A DNA stretch of 64,000 nucleotides from assembly GCF_018350175.1 (NCBI RefSeq), contig NC_058368.1:17238001-17302000 (forward strand), in the 5' to 3' direction. This DNA is from Felis catus (lineage: Eukaryota). The notes beneath the pieces were generated by a model, which had not been told where the DNA came from, ran no database searches, and saw only the letters and a program-made list of their open reading frames with translations. Within the stretch, counting starts at the first letter, position 1, and each line of letters opens with the position of its first letter. Made by a program: the position numbers and the translations under genes. Below are positions 25,546-38,591 of this stretch, piece by piece.

Positions 25546-25589
25546 GCAAGCCTATTGACCCTGCTTATCTTCCCTTCCATCGCAGTTAG

Positions 25590-25815
25590 GAGCTGAGCCT
25601 CCGGAGTTAGAACTGGAACAAATACTGGTTCTGCCCTTTGCAGTAACTGGTGATGTGACCCCCCGAGCCAAGTAACTGAATCTTTTGTGGCCTCGGTTTC
25701 AGTTGTAACGTGGAACAATAGCAGTAGCTGGCTAATAAGGTTCTTTTGAAGATTAAGTAAGATAATTCATGGAAATAGGACCATTCATGCGGCACACTTC
25801 CCGTTGCATAGTAAT
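25590..25815 (+). mobile_element. MIR SINE relic
   Basis: ctggttctgcc...gtgacc...caagtaactgaatc...gcctcggtttc...gaagattaagtaagataat matches the MIR core pattern. Confidence 0.65.
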
Positions 25816-26087
25816 GACCGTGCAGGTAGCCAGTGAGGCTTTTGAGGTTACATCTCTGACGGATTCCAGTGTTTTTCTTCCGATTCTTCTTTCTTTCCTT
25901 TTCTTTTATCTCTTGCTTCTTTCCTCTATTTCTTCTCCTTCTTTCCTTTTCTTTCTTTCCTCTTCCTCTCTGTTTAACATAAGACTTACTTTTTACAAAG
26001 GATGTCAGTATTGGTACTAAGAAATTAGAAGAAAAGGATGAATAGAAAATCATTATATAGCTATGTTTGGTCTTCAATTTAGAAGAC

Positions 26088-26300
26088 TTTTTTTTTTAAC
26101 ATTTATTTATGTTTGAGAGACAGAGAGAGACAGAGCACGAGCAGGGGAGGGTCAGAGACAGGGAGACACAGAATCCAAAGCAGGCTCCAGGCTCCGAGCT
26201 GTCAGCACAGAGCCCAATGCCGGGCTCGAACTCACGGACTGTGAGATCATGACCTGAGCCGAAGTCAGACGTTTGACCGATGGAGCCACCCAGACGCGCC
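26088..26300 (-). mobile_element. SINEC_Fc-type SINE inserted in a locally duplicated segment
   Basis: Full antisense SINE; TSD aatttagaa(g/c)actttt. Confidence 0.95.
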
Positions 26301-28296
26301 AATTTAGAACACTTTTTATATTCTTCATGTTAATTTTGAACTAAGCTTGAAATTTGCACCTTCGGTAGTATCTTTTGTTTTTCTCATAGCAGCTGTTTGT
26401 AAAGTTTGACTATTTGTTTTGGGTGGAGAGACGAGATAATACAGGGATGCAAGTGGAAAAGTGGTGAACACCTCCATACTGCTGAGGTTAAAGGCTAAGA
26501 AGTCTTCCAAGGTTATTTCGTTGTTAGTAAATGGTGAAACAAAAGTTTTTGTTAAACTAGTAATACAAAGTGTTCCCTATGGTGAAACAATGGAAATACA
26601 AAATACCATGTCCCTTCAGCTCAGTTTACATGTCTTTTTCCTTTTAATAACTGGAAGCTTAATTTTTATAGACTTGAAGGTTAAATATAGTAACTCGAAA
26701 AAATAGCACTCGAAAGCATCTGGATTTAGCAAATATGAGGCTTAAGTGATAGTTCTGACTGCAAGTCTAACCAGCTGATGACAGTGATAAAATAAGTATT
26801 AAAGCCATGTGTCTTTCTGTAATAATCCAGTGAGGCCAAAGGGACAAATGTGATACCTAATCCTGATTGCAAATAAGGAAAAATAAAATTTAGTGAGGCC
26901 TGGTGAAAAAGGGTGAGTGAGCCACACACACATAAAAACAGGTATCTTTTTTCTTGCTTCACAAATGTAGACTGATATAATGATGTACATTTCCTAAGAG
27001 CAAAAATGTTTGTGTAAATGAAAATAAATACTTTTCTTTAGTATTATTCTGTTTTAGGACAGTTCGCTTAAACTTACTGAAGTCACTGATTTACTAATCT
27101 GGTTCTGCCCCTAAGAATCAAAAAGTCAATGCCTAGTAGCTGTATATAAGTAATTTCTTACTGAAGGAATAAGTACCTTAAAGAAACAAGGTACCTTTGG
27201 ATGTTTACATTTAGAATTCTTACAGAGCTGTTATGGTAGAAATTCCCCAAATGAATTATTCAGTTATGGCTAGCCACTATTTAACAATAAGACTTACTTT
27301 TTGCAAAAGATGTCAGTATTATTGGTATAAGAAATTAGAAGAAAACGATGAAAGGAAAATAATTATATAAGCTATATGTGTTTTTCAATTTAAAACACTT
27401 TTTATATTCTTTATGTTAATTTTGAACTAAGCTTGAAAACAGCACCCTCGGTAGTATCTTTTGGTGAAGGAAGCCAGGACACGATTCTCTTCCTTTTTGT
27501 TTCAAGAAAGCTCTGACTACATTCTTCCAGGCGGAGACAGCAGAGTACATGCTCTCCATTTTTTTGGCTGGCTAACTCGGTGCAGAAAGGTTTAATTAGT
27601 TCATCTTGGTAAAGCCCCCACCTGCTACCTTTAACTCCACTTATATAACTGTTAGAGGCCTGAGTTGAGAACACAGAAAACAGTGTTCTCAAGCTTAGCT
27701 CAAGAGAGCCACTTCAGAAATTGAAAATAAAGTGGTCAAACTGGTCAGTAGACCTCAGAAATCCAGGAGACAGAAAAGAACCATTCTGTGTTCCCATAAT
27801 TCTTCTCTTACTTTATTGTGTGTAGAAATAGCCCAAAATTAAGTGCACTGCATCATGGCTATAAAATTAAGAAAGGGGTACATGTAACCATTTCAGAAAT
27901 TGTTATTAACCGCTAAGAAAAAAATGACCCTCGCTACCTAAAGCTCAAGAGTCATGTTGTTTCACCATGCGTGTCCATCAGGTTACTAAATCCAGTTAAT
28001 TTTACCTGCTTTCCGAATTTCTGTTGAAACAGATTCCTGCATTAACTCCATTCCCGGTGATCCCATTAGAATCATGTTGAGGTTTATCTTCAATGACTTA
28101 ATAGATGTAAACTGCTTAAAATACTGACTGGCACAGAGAAGTGCCATGTAAATGTTAGCCACTCCCCCACTAGCATAGAATCGGATATCTGTGAGAGCCA
28201 AGATTCCTAGTGTTGCTTTTCACTGACGCATCCTCATTGCTGGCACATGTAGATGTTCAATAACTGCTTAATGAGTGAATGAATACATTTTTCTAA

Positions 28297-28517
28297 ATTT
28301 TTAAAATTTTTTTTAACGTTTATTTATTTTTGAGACAGAGAGAGACAGAGCATGAACAGGGGAGGGTCAGAGAGAGAGGGAGACACAGAATCCGAAGCAG
28401 GCTCCAGGCTCTGAGCTGTCAGCACAGAGCCCGACGCGGGGCTCAAACCCATGAACCGTGAGATCATGACCTGAGCTGAAGGTGGCCGCTTAATGGTCTG
28501 AGCCACCCAGGCGCCCC
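28297..28517 (-). mobile_element. SINEC_Fc-type SINE (inserted in the tail of its neighbour)
   Basis: Full antisense SINE ending CCAGGCGCCCC, followed directly by a second SINE tail. Confidence 0.95.
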
Positions 28518-28718
28518 TAAATGTTTATTTATTTTTGAAAGAAAGAGACAGCGTGAGTGGGGGAGGGGCAGAGACAGAGGGAGACACAGAATCCGAAGCA
28601 GGCTCCAGGCTCTGAGCTGTCGGAACAGAGCCCAACGCAGGGCTAGAATTCATGAACCACAAGATCATGATCTGAGCCGAAGTTGGACGCTCAACTGACT
28701 GAGCCACCCAGGCGCTGC
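28518..28718 (-). mobile_element. SINEC_Fc-type SINE
   Basis: Second member of the tandem pair; outer TSD atgaatacatt..ttctaa brackets both elements. Confidence 0.93.
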
Positions 28719-29119
28719 ATGAATACATTCTTTCTAATGTGATTTTCCTAATGGATTTCTTTGTCTCTTGCAGCTTTCCCCTCTGATCCAGATATACCAT
28801 TTCCATAGTTACCTAAAATTACAAATGTGATTTTTGAATTGTCTTTAAAAAAATAAAAACAAAAACACACACAAAAAACTTGTCTTCCCCTCTGCTGTCA
28901 CGGCTGATTTTCTGACATGCGAATCTGATGTCATCTTTATTTTCCAGCTGTCACATGGTGTCTTGTTAAACACAGGACAAAATTCAGACCCTTTGTGATG
29001 TCCGTACTGACCAAGTGTGATCTGTCCAGCCACCCAGCCTACTCAGGAGTCCCACACATGCCATGCTACGTCCTGTGCTCTGCCTTTTCTTTCGCTTTCT
29101 TCCTGAATATCCTTCCTCC

Positions 29120-29600
29120 TGCCTCTTCAAGAGACTCAGGCCAGATATTTCTCCCTGACTTCTTCTACCCTTGTGCTTAGGGTCAGACATCACCACCTCT
29201 GTGTTTCCATAACTACTCATATTTGTATTCAGGGATGATATGATATATAATGATATATATATATCATATTATATCATATATATCATATATATATGATATT
29301 ATATGATATATAATATGATATAATATGATATGATATGATATATAATGATACATTATGTATAATGTACATATACATATACACACTCACATGTAATATATAT
29401 GTGTATTTTATATATAGCAATTGGTATGATTTAAATTATTTTATATATCAATATATGGATCTATAAATAAACACTTTGCATATCATCCCTGAATACAAAT
29501 ATGAGTAGTTATGGAAACACAGAGGTGGTGATGTCTGACCCTAAGCACAAGGGTAGAAGAAGTCAGGGAGAAATATCTGGCCTGAGTCTCTTGAAGAGGC

Positions 29601-29601
<1 letters not shown>
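29120..29601. repeat. Perfect 123-bp inverted repeat (29120-29242 / 29479-29601) with a 236-bp TA-rich spacer
   Basis: Base-by-base reverse-complement comparison shows no mismatch over 123 bp. Confidence 0.97.
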
Positions 29602-29632
<31 letters not shown>

Positions 29633-29975
29633 TATATATAAGTGATATATATATATATATATATCACTTACCAAGCGAAAGATGTGGCAGCAGAAATAAT
29701 ATATAGTATAATGTATAAGGTTGTTAATATACTATGCAATGTAAAATATTAAAGGTTCTCACAAGTGTATTGGTATAGTACCAATTACTCATCAACTCAC
29801 TAATAATTTAAATATCTTTTGTTTTTACCCCATCTTTTATTTAAAGCAGCTTTCATAAGCTAAAAGACACCCTTCCTGGGCCATGAGTTGGCATAGGATC
29901 AAACTTTTCCAATGATTTAGCCCTTAAACTGGTTGTTACCAAGTGACTTGTAGCTCCAGTTGGTAGTAACTTCTC

Positions 29976-30012
29976 TTTTTATAAAAAGTTTATTTATTTA
30001 TTTTGAGAGACA

Positions 30013-30060
<48 letters not shown>

Positions 30061-30168
30061 ACGAACTGTGCAGAGCCTGACGTGGGGATCCAACTCACTG
30101 AGAGCATGACCTGAGTCGAGATCAAGAGTCAGATGCTTACTTAACCAACTGAGCCACCTGGGTGCTCC
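29976..30168 (-). mobile_element. SINEC with expanded (GA)n and internal deletion
   Basis: T tail, long (GA)n, ATGACCTGAG...CTGAGCCACCTGGGTGCTCC. Confidence 0.88.
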
Positions 30169-31740
30169 TAGAAAATTGCTCTTAACATCAATGATATTGT
30201 CCATAGTATTAAATCTACTCTGAGATTTTCTTAAACTAATCAATGACACCCAAATTATTTCTAAGACTTACAAATTATATGAGACTCTAATATATTCAAT
30301 ATCTCCATTTATAGACAAAGTTACCAAAAAATCACTCGCCAGAAAGCAAGGTTTAATTAGGTAGAACTTAATACCTTAGGACTCGTGAGAGGCAGTGTAA
30401 TACCTTGGTGAACCATATGAGTTCTTCGAAGCATTTTGGGCTTGAATCTTGATTCTGCAAAGTTTTAAATGATCTTTCTGTCTATCTATTAATCAGCACG
30501 GAAGGCATTCTCCACCTCAGCTATCAGTATACCCACTCAGAACAGGCCACTCTGCACTGCAGTCTTTTATATATTTTTGTGTTGATAAAGCTTCTCCACT
30601 GCAGGAGCTGCTTCGTTTATATCCATGTCTCCTTGTCCAGTGCTTAGTTTCTACATGGCACTTAGTAGGAGTCCAGTAAATATTTGTAGAGTGAAGCCAT
30701 GAATAAACACTGAACATAAATAACTGATTACCACTTTCTCTTAAAGCTGTGGGTGGAGTCATTTCAGAAGTAAAGAGAGGGATCCAAAGGAATATAGAAC
30801 AGTCTTGCCAGTTTAAAAAATGCAAAATAAGTGGATGCTTGTGTTTGCTTTTAAATATCTTTCAAGCACACATAAGTGTATAGAAACATATACATTTCCA
30901 AGATTCTTTGCATAGACTTTTATGGTGACATCAGACTCTGTCTTGCTTATTATAAAATGGAGTTTCTCTTCCTATGCGTATGGATATGTTTCTACTTTAC
31001 AGATCTAGCCTTTAGACATTTCAGCTGAAGTTTCTTTAGCTTACTTACTATAATAAGCATGCTGAATCTGATTGATTTATGTTAAGACACCATCGAGAAT
31101 GGAATGAGTTTCTACCCTTATCTTAATAGACTCACTTCATTCCCCTTTTGCTACATGACTTTGACAGGAACAGAGACAACCAGTGAGCCCTTCCCCCCAC
31201 CACCCCTCCCCATGTCCACCTCAAGTGTGTATGTAGTAAAAGGCAACATTCATAAAAAAAGCACCAAGTCAATTAAATGTCAATTTCACTTAATTTGGGA
31301 GAAAAGTAACACTGTAAGAGATAAAATGGATTATCAAAGTACTTTATATTGGCGATTTTTCTAGATAAACGATGTTGCTAAATGGCGTGACAAAGTCGAA
31401 ATACTGGAAATGAGTCCCTTTTTCAAGATGTCCATCTTTGAGTCTCTATTTTCACCTGCTTGATTAAATATTCACTGTGCAAATATACGTAATGAATGTG
31501 AAGACCGTCTGTTATAGAGTCTTCAGAATGATAGACATTTGATTTTGAGAGTTCAGAGAAAGGATTGTCTTTCAAGTAGAATATTCCCAAAGTTTTCAGT
31601 GTGTTGATCCAATCACCAGTCTATTTTATTCATGTGCAGGTAGTTTAAAAAAACAGGTTGTTTTTAATTTTTGAATTTTTAATAGTTTTTTAAAATACTT
31701 TTTAAAAATTAAAAATCATCCTAGAGTTTTTTTAAAAAAA

Positions 31741-31981
31741 TTTTTTGAATGTTTATTTCAATAAACATTTTTTGAATGTTTATTTTTGAGAGAGAGAGAG
31801 AGATACACAGCATGAGTGACAGAGGCAGAGAGAAAAGAGGGAGGCGGCACAGAATCCGAAGCAGGCGCCAGGTTCTGAGCTAGCAACACAGAGCCTGACA
31901 CAGGTCTCAAACCCACGAACTGTGAGATCATGACCTGAGCTGAAGTCAGATGCTTAACCAACTGAGCCACCCAGGTGCCCC
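31741..31981 (-). mobile_element. SINEC_Fc-type SINE
   Basis: Full antisense SINE; TSD tcatc(c/t)tagagttttt. Confidence 0.93.
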
Positions 31982-32571
31982 TCATCTTAGAGTTTTTAAA
32001 GTGGTTTTTTTTTATATGAAAAAAAGAGAAGTGAATTGAATCCATGTAATTACAAAACATGAAGTAGAAAGAGCATTTGACCCTTTATTATTACTATTCA
32101 CAAATACTGACAGTAACCACAAACAGTTTTAAATACAGCAGCTACCTTGTGAATTTCTGAAACTGAATGAAAGAATTAGAAGCAGCAGGGAACACAGGGA
32201 GCATACGGTATATACATTGGCTGTGGTTAAGGGCTCTTCTGTGTTGTTCTAGAAAAACATGATTATGACTTGTTTGGTAGTTGCTTAATCCACGGTGATT
32301 GTGTTACTTGGCCCAAGTTTTTTTTTTTTTAATTTGTTTGTTTGTTTTGTTTTGTTTTTAAGTAATAGATACAACTGACTTCATGATTAAGACTTCTTTG
32401 AATCTACAAGGTAGTATAATACAGGATCTGCCATATTCTTATTTCTTCCCCAAGGATAATGTATCCATATAGACCCCCTTTTAGTATTTTAATGGTCTTT
32501 ATTTGTTAGAATTCAGAAAGCATTTTGTATACATTTCTATTTTTATCCCATCAGTTACTTAAGGCAGACAG

Positions 32572-32609
<38 letters not shown>

Positions 32610-32796
32610 ATCCACATCTTGCTTGAGTAGGATCCTAGTATATTCCTATTTGGGACCAGTTTTATACCTTAATTAGTTAGTAACATTTTCCTGTGACTAG
32701 CTCCAAAATTGGCCTCTTAAGCAATAATATAAAAAAGGCTGGAAATATTTTCTTATATTCTGAATTACCCTTAGACGGTAATTAATCGGGCATTTA

Positions 32797-33034
32797 TTTT
32801 TTGTTTTTTGTTTTTTTTTTATTTTTTTGACGTTTTTATTTATTTATTGAGACAGAGAGAGACAGCGCATGAATGGGGGAGGGGCAGAGAGAGAGGGAGA
32901 CACAGAATCGGAAACAGGCTCCAGGCTCTGAGCCATCAGCCCAGAGCCTGACGCGGGGCTCAAACTCACGGACTGCGAGATCGTGACCTGAGCTGAAGTC
33001 GGACGCTCAACTGACTGAGCCGCCCAGGCGCCCC
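32797..33034 (-). mobile_element. Young SINEC_Fc
   Basis: Near-consensus, CpG-rich body (GAATCGGAAACAGGCTCC...GAGCCATCAGCCCAG); perfect 14-bp TSD taatcgggcattta. Confidence 0.96.
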
Positions 33035-33928
33035 TAATCGGGCATTTAATTCTGACTGTAGTTATAAGGTGCTTTATCTGATGCTGCTCTTGTGTCATTC
33101 CCAATTTTTTTTCATGGTATGTCTGTCCTTGGAATCATCTAAACATCTTTTAACTTTCCTCCCCCATCCTCTAGCTAACCAGTCCCTACAACCTGCTACT
33201 TTCCTTTTGCACACTTTCACTGGATCCCTTCCATGCCTTCAGTGAAAGTCACCCGAGTACCTGGAGTTGCTGAACTATTCTAGTAGTTTCTAATCTGTCT
33301 CTCCTCTCCAGTCTCCCCAACTTCAAGTTCCTCCTGAATAAAATACTTCACAGAGGAAGCTAGGCACTTGTGATTCAATGGGGTTTGGGGTTCACCCTGG
33401 ATTTGGACTCAGAAAACTTAGGCCCAGCTCTCCCCTTTGCCACCTATTAATGGAATGAATGACAGCAGGAAAGTCCATCAACCTGTGTTACGCTTCAAGT
33501 CCCTTACGCTTCTGTTTTCCCGTCTATAAAAATGGGAACATAATTTTGATGTAGCAGTCTCTCAGCGAGATTACAAAGACTACCTGACACAAGGAAAGCA
33601 AATATATAATGGAATGAGCCTGTGATGTGTACTATTATTACTAACGTATCTTTCCTTGTTATAATACTTTTGTCACTCACGTGCTCAAAACCTTCAATTT
33701 TTTTCCTTTATCTACCGACTAGACCATGCTATAGGTTATGCAATTACAGTCTGTCACTCTGGGACCCCAACCGATGCTCGCTATTTTATTTCCCCCGGTC
33801 TACTTATATTCTCCCTCAAATGGATTTCTCACCATTACACCTACTTGTAATTTCACCAATCAACACATTTATTCCTGCCTTCCCTTTTTTAAAGTATGAT
33901 TTCATGTTTCTCTGCTTATCATGGGAAT

Positions 33929-34095
33929 AAAAAGCACAGCAGAGGGAATGCAGTCAATGGTATTGTAATCATGTTGTGTGGTGACAGACGGTAGCTACAC
34001 TTGGGGTGAGCATAGCTTGACATATAGACTTACCGAATCACTATGTTGTATACCTGAAACTAACGTAACATTGCGTGTCAACCATACTCATATTT
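33929..34095 (+). mobile_element. L1 LINE 3'-end fragment
   Basis: cagcagagggaatgcagtcaatggtattgtaat...gaatcactatgttgtatacctgaaactaacgtaacattgcgtgtcaaccatac is a typical L1 3' terminus. Confidence 0.8.
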
Positions 34096-35858
34096 TTTTA
34101 ATTACTTAGAAATAGATATACATAAGCAAAATTCTTATCAGCTTGTACCCAGCTATTCCCATACCCCCAAACCATTAGGAAACACCTTTGGGGTTCCCTA
34201 ACATCAACATAGCATATTTTCATATAGGCCTTCTTTTCTATCTTCCTTCTTTCCTTCCCCTTTCCTCACACCTATTCCCACGTCCTTGGCTCAGGAATCA
34301 TATCTGCTCTTTCTTGTTCTCCCAACACACACATTCATGCACGCGCACGTACACACACACACACACACACACAAGTTTTAACGAGATTCTCTTTATATTT
34401 GTTCCCAATGGTGTGCATCCAAGTAAAGAGAGCTTTGGTTATAAATGACTTTAAGTACCTTAAGTTTGGAACCACAGCCAAATTTTGGAAGTAGGAGAAA
34501 GATATGATTTGACTGGTGGTGATGTGCAGTCTGCAATTGAAGTGAGCTGTCATGTCATGATATCTTTCTGTCACTACAAGTATTCAAGTTGACTGGCCGT
34601 TGTCAAGAGTTAAAACTGATTATTAGATAGGGTGAGACTCGATTAGATATTGATTCTAAATTTCTGGGGTTCAAGCTTCACTTGAGGAAATGATCTTTTA
34701 AAGATGGCTAAATCTGTATCTTGATAAAAATATAGAAAATTAAGAGCTTTTTCTTACAGACATTTCCATTTTACAACCTGAAAGACTCTTATAGTGAGTT
34801 TTCATCAATAGCATGTACTTAAGGTTTTACACAAGTATACATATTCATGATAGGAGAATTCATGAATGTAGAACTAAAAATAACATGAGTCATAATCTCA
34901 CTCACCAGAGAAAATCACGATTAGCATTAGCTGTGTCTCTTTCCATATCACATGTTTTACCAAAAAAAAAAAAAAAAAAAAAAGAAGGCATCATTCCGTG
35001 TACACCAGTCTGAATCCTGGCTTCCAAATTCAGAGCATGTTTTGCACATCTTTCTAGAACAATAAATATAGATCTACAATGGTTTTTAATGATGGCTTTA
35101 TATACCACTGTATAATTATATTCTATCATTTATCTAAATACTTGCAGACATTTTTTAAAGTCCGTATTTTTAGGAGATGAGTTGTTAAATGACTTTAATG
35201 CAATTAACATGACTAATTATGGCACCCCCCCCCCTCCAGGGTGAAAAGATATTTTTGGGTCCATCTACATTTTCACTTCCACTGCTAACAGGTGGAATCA
35301 AGCTGCATTCTTGTTTCTTCGAAGAGCTGATGACACCAATACCCCCTTTAGCATTCCTTTTCCCTCTTAGTGTTAATGGAAAGAAAGTATGGTTTGTAAT
35401 GATCTTTTGAACTCTGAATTCCTGGCGTGCTTATTCAGAGCATCTACTAGCTCAGAAGTCATTTTACATCCTCCAATGATAAGCTGTGCATAAACAGAGC
35501 TTCCTAGTATTTGCTAATGGCTCTTGTAATACCAGTTTCTCTCCCTTTCCTTCAGTATAAAAAATTACACTAATACATTTAAGAGATTATTTTATAAAAC
35601 CTGTTAGACAATTATCTGTTAATTACATGCCCTCAGTATAGCGATCATTGCAAGATTTATGGTGGCAGTTCAGTCAGTCGTGGGCTAGCAGATAGAAGAG
35701 GTAAGGAACAGTATGTATTGAATGCTTTCTATGTGACAAGAAATTTCCCAAGTCAACTCACTGAGTTACTATAAAAGCAATCAGTGATTTCTATTATCCC
35801 CATTGTACTTCGGAAGAAAGTGAAACTCAAAGAATTGAAAGAAATTTCTCAAAGTTAC

Positions 35859-36362
35859 TGTATTAATATTTTATCTGTGCTATAACAAATGGCCACCAAC
35901 TTAGTGACTTAAAACAACACAAATTTATTGTCTTATACTTTGGAAGTCAGAATTGTAAAATGGACCTGATTGGGCAGAAACGAAAGCACGGGCAAGGTTG
36001 TGTTCCTCTGGAAGGTCTAGAGAAGAATCTGTTTTCTTGCCATTTCCAGTTGTTAGAGGCTACCTGCATTCCTTGGCCCATGGTCTGTCCTTTCTTCCGT
36101 CTGCAAAGCTAGAAGTGTAGCATCTTCAAAAATCTCTCTAATGCTGACCTTCTGCTCACTCTTCCACTTCAAAGGATCTTTGCGGTGATGTTGGACTCAT
36201 CCAGATATTCCAGGACAATCTCCCCATTTCACAGTTGGCTCATTAGCACCCTTAACTTAATTTGCAGTCATAATTTCCCTTAGCCACATACACTAACATA
36301 TTTACAGGTCCCAGGAATTAGGTTGTGGAATTCTTTGGAGAGCCATTATTTTGCCTGCCAAA
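35859..36362 (-). mobile_element. ERVL-MaLR solo LTR (MLT1-like)
   Basis: tgtattaat...gctataacaaat..ccaccaacttagtgacttaaaacaacacaaatttattgtctta...gagccattattttgcctgcca is the antisense MLT1 pattern. Confidence 0.8.
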
Positions 36363-38591
36363 GCCATCCTATTTGTAGGAAATAAGAGAAGTGATGAGTC
36401 AAGTACAACTTTGTCTATATGTTGGTGGAATCCAAGGGGCATAAGATAGGTCCTCTTGTGCAAAAATATCTAACCCACTGCCTTCCCTAATACTTGAATT
36501 TCTATCATTAGAATTAGTGTCTTTGAGGTTCATATGCAAAAGTCATCAAGGATTTCTAGGAGGTCCTCAAAAAAAGATTTATCAGCAGCTTGCTGAGTAC
36601 ACAGAGAACATTTTAGGGGCAGGAAGTAAGGGAAAGGGATAATAAAAAAGGTCATTAAAAGGGGAAGTGTAATGATGCTAATTTTCTTTCTAGCCTATTA
36701 CATCATTTGGCCCAGAGCTAGTTTTAGTGGTAGGATTTCCCCGTTACTTAGGGATAGGAGACATGCACAAACAGCATTGTAACTTTTCTTTGATGTATTT
36801 TCTCCATTATTAACCTTTATTTACTACTATCTTGTTGATACTTGACAGTTTAACTGTAAAGAAAATCAACTGGCCCACTATCAACCAGAATTGAGATGGA
36901 AGTTTGTCTACAGACATTGACACTAAATGCAGCCAATTCAATTGGACGATTTTTTTTTCAATTATTTGCATGTGCAAGACAGATTGCTTACAGTTATAGG
37001 GCTTACACATGCTTCAACAGATTCTACTTGTATCTAATTTGGGGTCAATATTGACATATAAAAGCTTAGGTTTAAAAATTCAGACCAGAGTGATCTGTAC
37101 AAATTAAAGAAAAAAGTTGCCTGAGTCATACCCCTGTAAAATTAGGTATCTACCCCCAGGAAGGATCTCTGATCCTGAGCTAGAATAGGGTAAGGGTAGT
37201 GTTCCAGCCCAGAGCCTACAGGGTAGAAAGCTAAAATCCCCAGTTGAACTGAATTGCCAATTGAAGATGCTGAAAAGTGTTTTGCAAATGCTTTATGAAC
37301 CAAAACGAAATATCCCGAAGGAACAAGGACAGAGAAACCATTCAAAAGGGAGGGAGAAAGGCTGAATCTGGACAACATGGGGTCTCTTGACCTCCCTGGG
37401 GAGAGGAGGGAAATGTTAGGGTACCCAGGGGTTCGGGGTCCCAAAGAAGGAGTCCTGTTTCTAAGATGCATTATTCCTCTCCTCAATATGGATCCTGTAT
37501 CATTCAGGGTATCCTTAAAAATGGAAGTAGATGGAGATATTTCTGATCACAACTTGCGATGAATACACGTGCTGTGACTAGTAAAGTAATCGTGTGTTTG
37601 GTAGGTCCAGAAGAAAAAACAATCTTGCTGGCTGACAGTATATTGAAATCAAATCCAGATGTCCCCAGACCTTGAGGAAAGTAAAATAAACTGGCAAGAC
37701 GTCAGAAGAAAGTCACAGAGAGCACAGGCAGGGGACAGAAAGGGTGAGAGAGAGCAACCCCACAAAGTCCCAGCCTTGGGTGAAGACAGCGCACTAGAAG
37801 GAGAGCAGGGATGGCCTCGGGTAGCCACCCGGGGTAGAGAGAAACGACACCAGCCAAATAGCTTCCTGGCAGGTGCTTTGCTGTGGGACAATGGCAAGCT
37901 GGTCCTTACCGCAGAACAGACCCATAACCTGTACCAAGCCAAATGAGTATATCAAAGATGACCTCTGCTGAGACTCATCCAAAAGGCAGTTTAATAACAT
38001 ATTTTATGAAAAAGAGTGGTTGGCCAGGCTCTGCATATTCAGGCATAAATTATCCACAAATTGTGAACCTGCAGGGGGAAAAATATCAACTGTTTCATTG
38101 TCTTATTTCTGAGGCAAGCCTAGCTCTTTATAATCTTTAGCGCTGATGAATCCAGTCATTCTGATGAAATTTGCCAAATCTTATTCTAAGGAATGTAAAT
38201 TAAGTAATATTTACACTTGTGTTGTAGTGGAATGAATACAGGTTCATTATCTCCTTGTGATACCAAAAGCTACCAGTGCCAGAAAGTTAAATCCTGAAAA
38301 TACAGTTTGAAGATGATGATAGTTTCCATCCTTCCTGTATATTACCTATGGCTTAGAGAGAATAAATTACCAAGTCTAGTCAGATATCACAATGGCCTGG
38401 AGAGATTTAAAAAATCCAGTCCCAGGAATCTGAATCCCTGGAGCTGGGACACAAGCATTGATGTGTCCCTCCAGCAGCCAAGATTGCAAACCACTGATTT
38501 AGAAAAAGTAGGTTTACAATCCTGCCTGAAATTGTGACTTCTTTTTTTTAATGCCTATTTAACCGACTAGGCTGAGTCTGTATTGCTTGAG

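Noticed and set aside
25607..26077. 156-aa lysine/arginine-rich ORF on the minus strand
   Set aside because: Produced by a low-complexity CT-rich tract plus a MIR relic.
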